Below are positions 1-8,268 of a stretch of DNA of 64,000 bases, piece after piece. This stretch comes from Bacteroidales bacterium (lineage in GTDB: Bacteria; Bacteroidota; Bacteroidia; Bacteroidales; JAADJA01): NCBI GenBank assembly GCA_020438105.1, contig JAGQVE010000011.1, positions 8,451-72,450 of the forward strand, in the 5' to 3' direction. Position 1 is the stretch's first letter, and every line of letters starts with the position of its first letter. Under the pieces are notes generated by a model. That model was not told where the DNA came from. It saw only the letters and a list, made by a program, of their open reading frames with translations, and did no database searches. The position numbers and the translations under genes were made by a program.

Positions 1-1401
1 GGGGGCTCAGTTGGGCTGGAAGGACCTACAGTGGCTACAGGCGCTGCAATCGGATCAAATGCCGGACGACTCCTGGGCCTTAATTACAAACAAATCGTTT
101 CTTTGCTTGGATTTGCAAGTGCGGGTGCAATGGCCTCCATTTTTAAAGCCCCCATCACTGCCATCGTTTTTGCCCTCGAGGTGATCATGCTTGATCTCAC
201 GATGTCGTCGCTGGTGCCGTTGTTAGCGTCTTCGGTGGTTGCAGCACTTACATCATATTTTTTTCTGGGCCAAAATGTATTGTATCCCTTTGAAATAAAT
301 AACACTTTTAAACTTGGCAACGTACCCTATTACATCGGTCTTGGAATTGTTACTGCATTATTTTCACTTTACTTTATTCGCACCATTGCATTTGCACAAA
401 AACAATTTCAAAAAATCAAAAGTTGGGTTTTGCGGTTTAGCATTGGCGCTACCATTTTGGGTGTGCTCGTTTTTCTATTTCCACCGCTTTTTGGAGAAGG
501 GTACCAAACGGTAAATAATAGTTTGAATGGCAATTATTTCACCATTTTCGACAGCAGTATTTTTTATGGTTACCGCGATAATATCATAGCTATTATGGTG
601 ATGTTGCTCGTTCTTACCCTTTTTAAGGTTATTGCAAGTTCAGCCACTTTTGGAGCAGGTGGCATTGGTGGCATTTTTGCTCCTACCCTGTTTACAGGTG
701 CTCATATCGGTTTATTATATGCTTTAAGTATAAATTACTTTGGACTCGGGACTATTCCCGTGAGCAATTTTGCGCTGGTAGGGATGGCAGGAATGATTTC
801 AGGAGTAATACATGGCCCGCTTACTGCGATCTTTCTGATTGCAGAAATTACAGGCGGTTACCATCTGATGTTACCGTTAATGATCGTGGCAACCATTTCA
901 TATGGCACTGTTAAATTTTTTGAGCCCGATTCAGTTTATACTATTCAGCTTTCCAAAAAAATTCATTTAATTACGCATCACAAGGACAAGGCACTCCTAT
1001 CGTTAATGAAGATCAATGCCTTAATTGAAACCAATTTTGCAACCATTCACCCCAAAGCTACTTTGCGTGATCTTGTGAAAGTAATTTCAGAATCGTCGCG
1101 TAATGTTTTTCCGGTAGTTGATCAAAACAAAAAATTTCACGGAATGATCATCATGGACCAGGTTAGGCATATCATGTTCAGGCCGGAATTTTATGACACT
1201 ACTTCCGTAAAAAACCTCATGTTCATGCCAACTCATACCGTTCAAATTGATGAACCGATGGAAGAGGTTGCTCAAAAATTCCAGCATTCAGGCAAGTATA
1301 ATCTTGTGGTGCTTGACCACGATAAGTATGTTGGTTTCGTTTCGCGGGCAAATGTCTTTTCCAAGTACCGCGAACTTCTGAAAGATATTTCTGAACATTA
1401 G
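1..1401 (+). CDS. ClC-family chloride channel / H+-Cl- exchanger with C-terminal CBS pair (5' end cut by window edge)
   Basis: Frame 1 is open from base 1 (GGSVGLEGPTVATGAAIGSN, the ClC GxEGP motif); the listed Met at 31 is an internal GTG. Multi-TM body with GGIGGIFAPTLF and HGPLTAIFLIAEITGGY motifs. The last ~130 aa look like tandem CBS domains. Clear paralogue of the next gene. Confidence 0.85.
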   Translation, partial: GGSVGLEGPTVATGAAIGSNAGRLLGLNYKQIVSLLGFASAGAMASIFKAPITAIVFALEVIMLDLTMSSLVPLLASSVVAALTSYFFLGQNVLYPFEINNTFKLGNVPYYIGLGIVTALFSLYFIRTIAFAQKQFQKIKSWVLRFSIGATILGVLVFLFPPLFGEGYQTVNNSLNGNYFTIFDSSIFYGYRDNIIAIMVMLLVLTLFKVIASSATFGAGGIGGIFAPTLFTGAHIGLLYALSINYFGLGTIPVSNFALVGMAGMISGVIHGPLTAIFLIAEITGGYHLMLPLMIVATISYGTVKFFEPDSVYTIQLSKKIHLITHHKDKALLSLMKINALIETNFATIHPKATLRDLVKVISESSRNVFPVVDQNKKFHGMIIMDQVRHIMFRPEFYDTTSVKNLMFMPTHTVQIDEPMEEVAQKFQHSGKYNLVVLDHDKYVGFVSRANVFSKYRELLKDISEH

Positions 1402-1403
1402 GT

Positions 1404-1411
1404 TATATTTG
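1404..1411 (+). promoter_or_regulatory. Bacteroidota-type -7 promoter box (TATATTTG, consensus TAnnTTTG)
   Basis: Exact TAnnTTTG match 20 nt upstream of the ATG at 1432. Confidence 0.3.
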
Positions 1412-1431
1412 TTGTAACTATTCAGGATACT

Positions 1432-3207
1432 ATGAAATTACCCGGCATCATCAATCGGATCACGATTTGGCGCAACAGACGGATCAGCGCCAGCCAGTTT
1501 TTATTGATCCTGAGTTTGGTTGTGGGAATATTGAGTGGATTGGCCGCGGTGCTGCTAAAGAACATCGTTCATTACACTTTTTATTTAATTTCCAAGGGAT
1601 TTCAGTTTGAAAGGGAAAACTACCTGTACCTTGCCCTGCCACTGATCGGTATCAGCATTACGGTGGTGTTTACTAAATTTATCCTGAAAAAAAACATTGG
1701 TCATGGCGTGAGCCGGATCCTGTATGCCATATCAAAGAAAAATGGTGTGATTGATCTGCATCATACCTGGTCGTCGATGGTGGGAAGTACTTTTACAGTT
1801 GCTTTCGGAGGAAGTGTTGGACTGGAGGCGCCTATTGTTTTAACGGGCTCGGCCATCGGTTCCAACCTGGGCCATATTTTCCGGTTGAACCATAAAACAT
1901 TGAATATTTTGATAGGATGCGGAGCTGCCGGTGCCATTGCAGGAATCTTTAAATCTCCTATCGCGGCGGTGGTTTTTGCCATCGAGGTACTGATGATCGA
2001 CCTCACCATTTCAGCACTTATACCCTTACTCATTTCAGCGGTGGCCGGTGCCACGGTGGCATTCTTTCTGAGCGGTAGCAGGGTGCTGTTTTCTTTTGAA
2101 GTGTCGGATCCATTCCTGATCAAACAAATTCCATATTTCATTTTACTGGGTGTATTTACCGGCCTGGTTTCGGTTTATTTTACCCGGATTACGGTTTTCA
2201 TCGAAAAGTTATTTAGCACCATCAAACAAACATACCGTAAGTTAATTGCTGGCGGCTTGATCCTCGGTGTATTGATTTTTGTTTTCCCATCCCTTTTCGG
2301 GGAAGGATACGAAATCCTGCAAGAAGTTTTATCCGGGCAGGATAAAGACCTGATCAATGAAGGTCTTTTCTACAGCCTGAAAGATCACACCTGGTTTTTA
2401 TTGCTGATCATGTTTTTGATCCTGGTTTTTAAAGCGGTGGCAACCTCTGTAACTAATGGCAGCGGTGGCGTTGGTGGTATTTTCGCCCCTTCCCTGTTTA
2501 TGGGAGGAATGGCCGGATTTTTAGCAGCAAAATTGCTCAATCTGATTCCGGGGATCACTGTTTCAGAATCCAATTTCGCACTGGTTGGAATGGCCGGAGT
2601 TATGTCGGGTGTTATGCACGCCCCGTTAACAGGAATTTTTCTCATTGCTGAAATCACTGGTGGATATGCATTGCTCACCCCGCTGATCATAACTGCTACC
2701 ATTTCTTTTCTTACGATAAAATACTTTGAACCACACAGCATTTACGCCAAAAGGCTGGCAGAACGCGGTGAGCTCATCACCCACCATAAAGACAAGGCGA
2801 TGCTTTCGATGATGAAGATTGACAACCTGCTTGAAACCAATTTCCAGACCATCGATGTAAATGCCACCCTGGGTGATTTTGTGAAAGTAGTTCCCCATTC
2901 GCAACGAAATGTATTCCCTGTGGTGGATAGTGAAAACAATTTTTATGGGATAATTTTTATCAATGATATCCGAAATATTATTTTTAACCGGGAGATTTAC
3001 GAAACTACTTTTATCCGCGATTTAATGTATATGCCAGATCCTTTGGTTGATCCCAATGAATCCATGGAGGATATTGCCCGAAAATTTAGTGAGTCGGAAA
3101 ATTATAACCTGCCTGTGATCAAGGAAGGCAAATACCTCGGGTTTGTTTCGCGTGCTAAAGTTTTTTCAACCTACCGCAAATTGATTGAAGAGTTTTCTGA
3201 CGAATAA
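1432..3207 (+). CDS. ClC-family chloride channel with C-terminal CBS pair (full length)
   Basis: 591 aa. Motifs GGSVGLEAPIV, GIFKSPIAAVVFAIEVL, GGVGGIFAPSLFMG, HAPLTGIFLIAEITGGY. C-terminal CBS-like region (NVFPVVDSENNFYGII ... NLPVIKEGKYLGFVSR). Confidence 0.9.
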   Translation: MKLPGIINRITIWRNRRISASQFLLILSLVVGILSGLAAVLLKNIVHYTFYLISKGFQFERENYLYLALPLIGISITVVFTKFILKKNIGHGVSRILYAISKKNGVIDLHHTWSSMVGSTFTVAFGGSVGLEAPIVLTGSAIGSNLGHIFRLNHKTLNILIGCGAAGAIAGIFKSPIAAVVFAIEVLMIDLTISALIPLLISAVAGATVAFFLSGSRVLFSFEVSDPFLIKQIPYFILLGVFTGLVSVYFTRITVFIEKLFSTIKQTYRKLIAGGLILGVLIFVFPSLFGEGYEILQEVLSGQDKDLINEGLFYSLKDHTWFLLLIMFLILVFKAVATSVTNGSGGVGGIFAPSLFMGGMAGFLAAKLLNLIPGITVSESNFALVGMAGVMSGVMHAPLTGIFLIAEITGGYALLTPLIITATISFLTIKYFEPHSIYAKRLAERGELITHHKDKAMLSMMKIDNLLETNFQTIDVNATLGDFVKVVPHSQRNVFPVVDSENNFYGIIFINDIRNIIFNREIYETTFIRDLMYMPDPLVDPNESMEDIARKFSESENYNLPVIKEGKYLGFVSRAKVFSTYRKLIEEFSDE

Positions 3208-3263
3208 ATCCAAAAACCGAACTTGTTCAAGCGATTCTTCCCCTTTTTTAAAAATCTTTCCGT

Positions 3264-3271
3264 TATTTTTG
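3264..3271 (+). promoter_or_regulatory. -7 promoter box (TATTTTTG)
   Basis: Exact TAnnTTTG match 27 nt upstream of the ATG at 3299. Confidence 0.3.
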
Positions 3272-3298
3272 TTAACACAACTACAACCATAACGAATA

Positions 3299-5161
3299 AT
3301 GAAATTATCACAAAAAAAGCTGGAGAGGCTTCATTCGCGCATTAATTCAATTATTGATACAGCCCAGGAAATGGAACTCCAGTACAAAAACGAACTGGAA
3401 AAAACACATCCCACCTATCGCAAAAGCGCTTTAAACCTTGTTCATTATATGGCGCTTCGCAGCCATTATATTGAGGATTTGCAACAGGAATTAAGGCTCA
3501 TGGGATTACCCGGCCTGAGTAATTGTGAAGGCCATGTAATGCGCAGCCTTCTTGCCATTAAAACCATTTTGAACTACCTGAGTGGGAATCCGAAAAATGA
3601 AAGTCATAAAGGAACCCTGTCCATCAAAAAAAGCGGAAAGATCATGAACGCAAATACCCGTGCACTTTTTGGCAATAAAGGGAAAAAACGCCGTACACGT
3701 ATCATGGTCACCATACCAAATACTGCAGCCTCGGATAAAACTTTTGTGAACCGGCTTATAAAACTGGGTATGAACAGTGCCCGGATCAATTGCGCCCATG
3801 ATAACACGGATACCTGGTCAAAAATGATAACCAACATCCGTGAGGCAAGTGTTCAAAAACACAAGCAGGTGAAAGTGATGATGGATTTGGGTGGTCCAAA
3901 ACTCAGAACCGGAACCATTGTTCCTGGGCCCCAAGTAATACATATTAAACCGGAAAAAGACGAAATCGGAAGGACCACAAACCCTGCCCTGATATGGCTG
4001 GCCCCTGCCGAAGTTTCGCCTCCGGCAAATGTTTCGGCAGTGCATATACCGGTAGAAGCTGAATGGTTAGGCCTAACCAAAAGAGGGGATGAAATACGTT
4101 TTAAAGACAGCCGGGATAAAAAGTGCAAGTTCCAAATCATTCGCAAACAGAAAGAAGGGAAATGGGCCACTACCATGGACTCGGCCTATATTTCACCGGG
4201 AGTTCACCTGGAGATTTACAGGCAGAATGAAAAAGGCGAACAACATTTTGAAATGGGTGAACTGGCTGCTATTTCTCAAAACATTTCGCTCAGCATTGGA
4301 GATAAAATACGAATCCATAAAGACCCGATTCCAGGTGAGCCGGCCAAATATGACGAAAACGGCGCTTTGCTCGAAATGGCTCACCTTTCATGCACCCTGC
4401 CCGAGATATTTAAAGATGTAAAAGAGGGTGAGCCCATTTTGTTTGATGATGGTAAAATAGAAGGGATCATCGAATCCAGGGCGGATGAAGAACTAATTGT
4501 TAAAATAATCAACGCAAAAGAATCTGGCAGTAAACTTCAGGCAGATAAAGGCATCAACCTGCCCATAAGTGATTTATCAGTAACCGGGCTTACGCAAAAG
4601 GATATGATTGATTTGGAATTTGTGGCTAAATATGCTGATGCGGTTAATGTTTCATTTGTGAATGATAAAAACGACGTGGAGCAACTTCTCACCAAACTTA
4701 AAGAACTAAAGTCGGACATAGGAATTGTGCTCAAGATTGAAACGCGAAAGGGTTTTAACAACCTTCCACAGATAATGCTTTCTGCCATGCAAACATATCC
4801 CGTGGGTGTTATGATCGCCCGTGGCGACCTTGCCATCGAAACCGGCTGGAAAAACATTGCGACCATCCAGGAAGAAATCCTCCGGATTTGCGAAGCAGCT
4901 CATGTTCCCGATATTTGGGCCACACAAGTGCTCGAAAATATGGCCAAGAAAGGACTTCCGTCAAGGGCAGAGATTACTGATGCGGCGGCTGCACAACGGG
5001 CCGAGTGTGTTATGCTCAACAAAGGGCCTCATATCGAAAAGGCGGTGAAATTGCTTGATAGGATACTTCGGAGGATGCAAAACTATCAGCGCAAAAAAGA
5101 AGTTATACTTGAACGGCTCGAATTTGCTGAAGAACTCAGCATGAAACAGGAATACGCATAG
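3299..5161 (+). CDS. Atypical pyruvate kinase-family protein (barrel domain only, N-terminal extension)
   Basis: Ordered PK A-domain motifs: RTRIMVTIP, MNSARINCAHD, DLGGPKLRTG, KIETRKG, MIARGDLAIE, ATQVLENM, PSRAEITDAA, ECVMLNKGPH. No C-terminal PK_C-like domain. Confidence 0.7.
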   Translation: MKLSQKKLERLHSRINSIIDTAQEMELQYKNELEKTHPTYRKSALNLVHYMALRSHYIEDLQQELRLMGLPGLSNCEGHVMRSLLAIKTILNYLSGNPKNESHKGTLSIKKSGKIMNANTRALFGNKGKKRRTRIMVTIPNTAASDKTFVNRLIKLGMNSARINCAHDNTDTWSKMITNIREASVQKHKQVKVMMDLGGPKLRTGTIVPGPQVIHIKPEKDEIGRTTNPALIWLAPAEVSPPANVSAVHIPVEAEWLGLTKRGDEIRFKDSRDKKCKFQIIRKQKEGKWATTMDSAYISPGVHLEIYRQNEKGEQHFEMGELAAISQNISLSIGDKIRIHKDPIPGEPAKYDENGALLEMAHLSCTLPEIFKDVKEGEPILFDDGKIEGIIESRADEELIVKIINAKESGSKLQADKGINLPISDLSVTGLTQKDMIDLEFVAKYADAVNVSFVNDKNDVEQLLTKLKELKSDIGIVLKIETRKGFNNLPQIMLSAMQTYPVGVMIARGDLAIETGWKNIATIQEEILRICEAAHVPDIWATQVLENMAKKGLPSRAEITDAAAAQRAECVMLNKGPHIEKAVKLLDRILRRMQNYQRKKEVILERLEFAEELSMKQEYA

Positions 5162-5172
5162 AATTATCCTGC

Positions 5173-6021
5173 ATGAAATTTTATTTTATCAAAATCAATA
5201 TTATCTCCCTGCTTCTGGGGTTTATTTGCTTTTTCTTGATTTTAACCAGCTCTGCACAGGAAAAAGCAAATGCTGGATCCGTTTATTCCATCAATAAAAA
5301 ATGGGAAATCCCACTTACTTTGGGAATGTTCGGGACCAATTTCGTTGGTTTACAATATGTGGGCAAAAAAACGGGATTGGATTCACTGGACATCATTGCC
5401 TTAAATCCAGCTGACTTGTGGGGCATAGATCAAAAGGCAACTCAACAGGATCCGGCTTTTGCACCAAGGGCACACCACATTTCCGACTGGGCTTTGAATA
5501 TTTCAGTGGCGCTTCCTGTTTTTCTGGGATTGGATAAAAAAATACGGAAAGATTGGTTTGACCTGATCGTGCTTTACGGTGAAACACATGCCATTAACGG
5601 AAACCTCTACATTGCGGCAGCAAGCCTTGTTGACAGACCCAGGCCTTTGGTTTACAATCCCGGTGTTCTATTCAATCAAAGATCAGAAAATGGTACTTTA
5701 AATTCATTTTTTAGCGGGCATGTTTCCACAGCAGCAGCCTCCTCATTTTTTACAGCTAAAGTTTATTCCGATTATCATCCGGAGATGGGAAATAAAAAAT
5801 ATTTCCTTTTTGGTGCGGCAGTCATTCCACCGCTGGTGGTGGGGTTTTACAGGTATAAGGCTATGAAACATTTCCCGACGGACATTTTCACCGGTATGCT
5901 TGTGGGCGCCACTACAGGAATCCTGGTTCCTCACCTGCACAAAAAAATTAATAATTACAATCTGAGCATCGTTCCTTTTACTGGTCAGGCGAATGGAGTC
6001 AGATTGGTGTTAAATCTCTGA
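5173..6021 (+). CDS. PAP2-superfamily phosphatase (membrane)
   Basis: N-terminal hydrophobic segment. The three PAP2 motifs occur in order: DRPRP, FFSGH, and YKAMKHFPTD (SRxxxxxHxxxD-like). Confidence 0.8.
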   Translation: MKFYFIKINIISLLLGFICFFLILTSSAQEKANAGSVYSINKKWEIPLTLGMFGTNFVGLQYVGKKTGLDSLDIIALNPADLWGIDQKATQQDPAFAPRAHHISDWALNISVALPVFLGLDKKIRKDWFDLIVLYGETHAINGNLYIAAASLVDRPRPLVYNPGVLFNQRSENGTLNSFFSGHVSTAAASSFFTAKVYSDYHPEMGNKKYFLFGAAVIPPLVVGFYRYKAMKHFPTDIFTGMLVGATTGILVPHLHKKINNYNLSIVPFTGQANGVRLVLNL

Positions 6022-6280
6022 AGCAAAGCAAGAACATTCATCAGTTAAAATCATTAATGACAGGATTCTTTCATTCCTTATTCATATTGATTCTTAATGA
6101 AAATGATTATATTTTTATTGGGTTGTTAGTTTGATGATATTTACTACTCCTGCTCAAAGCTGTAAAACGGTATTATTAACCGAAGCTGAACTGTGACTTT
6201 AATACCTCGAAACACGATGTGTGATAATATATATTTCAATCACCAGCCAATAAATTTTTATAAATCTAATAATCACAGCT

Positions 6281-6988
6281 ATGAAACTTCTAAAGAACTT
6301 TATTCTGCTGAGTTTGATCTCAGTGCTCTCATTTCCGGTTTTTTCACAAATCAGTATTTCTCCGCAAGGTTCCTATCTCAAGTTATTCGGGGGGTCTGAT
6401 GTCAGTAATTTTGGTTTTGGCTTGAAGGCCGAATATTCCGTAAATAACAAAACATTCGCAGGATTGGGCTTTAATTATTATTTACCCTATAAGGAAGATG
6501 GCACAACCCAGGCCTATGCGTTATCAAACCAAATGATACCTTCGTCGATTAATGTGGACATGGAATACAGCGTGAGTTTTATGATGATCACTTTGAGTGC
6601 CAAAAGATACTTTTTTTCTGATGGATCAAGTACTGTAGGTTTTTATGGAATGGCTGAAATGGGTTTAATTCTCGCACCTGTAAAGTCTACGGTGGTGGAG
6701 GAATACCCCGAAAGTTTGTATGAAGTTTCGGCTTATGAAGAAGGTTCTGAAACTTTACAAAACTTCCTGATAAATGCCGGACTCGGATTGGAAGGCTATA
6801 TCGGTTTTGGTAATGTTTTCATTGAGTCAAAACTATGTTTGCCGGCTAATGAAGTAAATGGGAAACAGGTTGAAATTACCATTCCTGCTTCCTTGTGTAC
6901 CAATGTTGGCATCCGGTTTTCGTTTGGAAACAGTGGATATGGCAGCAGTCGCGGAAGATACAGGGGTAAGAAAAGTTACGGATGGTAA
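6281..6988 (+). CDS. Outer-membrane beta-barrel (porin-family) protein
   Basis: Signal peptide MKLLKNFILLSLISVLSFPVFSQ. Alternating hydrophobic beta-strand pattern, aromatic-rich, with a Gly/Arg/Tyr-rich tail. Confidence 0.55.
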   Translation: MKLLKNFILLSLISVLSFPVFSQISISPQGSYLKLFGGSDVSNFGFGLKAEYSVNNKTFAGLGFNYYLPYKEDGTTQAYALSNQMIPSSINVDMEYSVSFMMITLSAKRYFFSDGSSTVGFYGMAEMGLILAPVKSTVVEEYPESLYEVSAYEEGSETLQNFLINAGLGLEGYIGFGNVFIESKLCLPANEVNGKQVEITIPASLCTNVGIRFSFGNSGYGSSRGRYRGKKSYGW

Positions 6989-7023
6989 GCCGGAACAGCA
7001 ACTTTTCGTATTATCTTAATTTG

Positions 7024-8229
7024 TTATAAACTGGTAAAAGCCAATACAAATGCAAGGACAGAAATAATGAGTCCGAACATGAAAAAATTATAAGCTATCC
7101 GCAGCAATTTGTATTTTTTTGCTAATACCTTTCCAAGAAAAAACTGATCCTTGATCATGGTACCATACAGGTAATCATCATCTTTCATCATCTCTTCGAG
7201 GCCCCATTCATAATCATCGAGACTCATGTTATAAAAGTTCCCAAAAAAGAGCAAGTTCACTTTCTTTTCTTTGATATCTTCTTTCGAAAACATTCCTGAT
7301 GAAATATTCGGGCGGGTAGAAAGGATGGCAAAAATAATAGTGATCAAACTGAAAAGAAGAAAAATCAGGGTTGGAAGAATGATATTGGGATATTCGCTGA
7401 AACGAGCCACCAATACCGAAAGCAATATAGATATGATAATCGTATTTACCGAAATCAGTATGTTGGATTTATTATCCGCTATCGAACTCAGGTTGATCTG
7501 GTTTCGGGCTGTTAAACGAAACATGGATTCAACACCCCGGGAGTAGCCTTTTTGTTTTTCCACCTTCTTCTGAAGTTTGGCCATTTCCTTATCTTTTTGA
7601 TTCATTTCCTGGTTCATTTTTGCTTTTCTTTTAGATATATTTTTATTGATCGCTTCAAGGTTTTTTGCTTTTCCAGCATTCAAAACCTCTTTGCCAAATT
7701 TTGTGTGATAACTGTGCAGATCAAAAAATTCAACCGACACAAGGTCAAAATCGAGTTTGCTTATTTTTTTTTCGAGTGTTATTTTTTGCTCCTGCCGTAT
7801 TTTTTCAGCATAGTCATAGTAATCCACTTCAGAAAGGTGTTTCAAGTCGGCATCACATAAAACTCCAGCCAGTTTGTCGGCCGGACTTTGAGGAATTTTA
7901 GTAGCCGAAATCATGGACGAAATCTTTTGGATAAGATCTTCTGATGCACCTTCCTTTTTCAGAAAATCAACAGCAATTTTTATACTTTCTTCTTCATGAC
8001 CGGCATATTTATTAACATAGCCCGTATCATGAAACCAGGCTGCAAACATCACCACATTGAGTTCATCCCTGGTCAATCCTTCCTTTTCTCCTATCAGCCG
8101 GCAGGCTTCTACCACATACTCCGTGTGATCAGGGGTATGGAATATCAAATTTCCGGGAAGGTTTTGTTCCAGATATTGCTTTACAAAAGATGCTGATTTT
8201 TCCAGCAATTTATCATCAATCGTATTCAT
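7024..8229 (-). CDS. HD-domain phosphohydrolase fused to a C-terminal multi-TM domain (Pycsar-effector/DUF5706-like from memory)
   Basis: HD signature residues in FHTPDH, WFHDTGY and LCDADL. Lys/Glu-rich coiled-coil linker (KRKAKMNQEMNQKDKEMAKLQKKVEKQK). Then MFRLTARNQINLSSIADNKSNILISVN followed by 3-4 predicted TM helices. Confidence 0.75.
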   Translation of the reverse strand: MNTIDDKLLEKSASFVKQYLEQNLPGNLIFHTPDHTEYVVEACRLIGEKEGLTRDELNVVMFAAWFHDTGYVNKYAGHEEESIKIAVDFLKKEGASEDLIQKISSMISATKIPQSPADKLAGVLCDADLKHLSEVDYYDYAEKIRQEQKITLEKKISKLDFDLVSVEFFDLHSYHTKFGKEVLNAGKAKNLEAINKNISKRKAKMNQEMNQKDKEMAKLQKKVEKQKGYSRGVESMFRLTARNQINLSSIADNKSNILISVNTIIISILLSVLVARFSEYPNIILPTLIFLLFSLITIIFAILSTRPNISSGMFSKEDIKEKKVNLLFFGNFYNMSLDDYEWGLEEMMKDDDYLYGTMIKDQFFLGKVLAKKYKLLRIAYNFFMFGLIISVLAFVLAFTSL

Positions 8230-8268
8230 TCAGTTTGTTTTATTCAATACAAATTTTCAGGGATTCGT

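Noticed and set aside
6193-6399. 68-aa plus-strand ORF overlapping the start of the OM barrel gene.
   Set aside because: It is out of frame with, and overlaps, a better ORF that has a clear signal peptide. No motifs are present.
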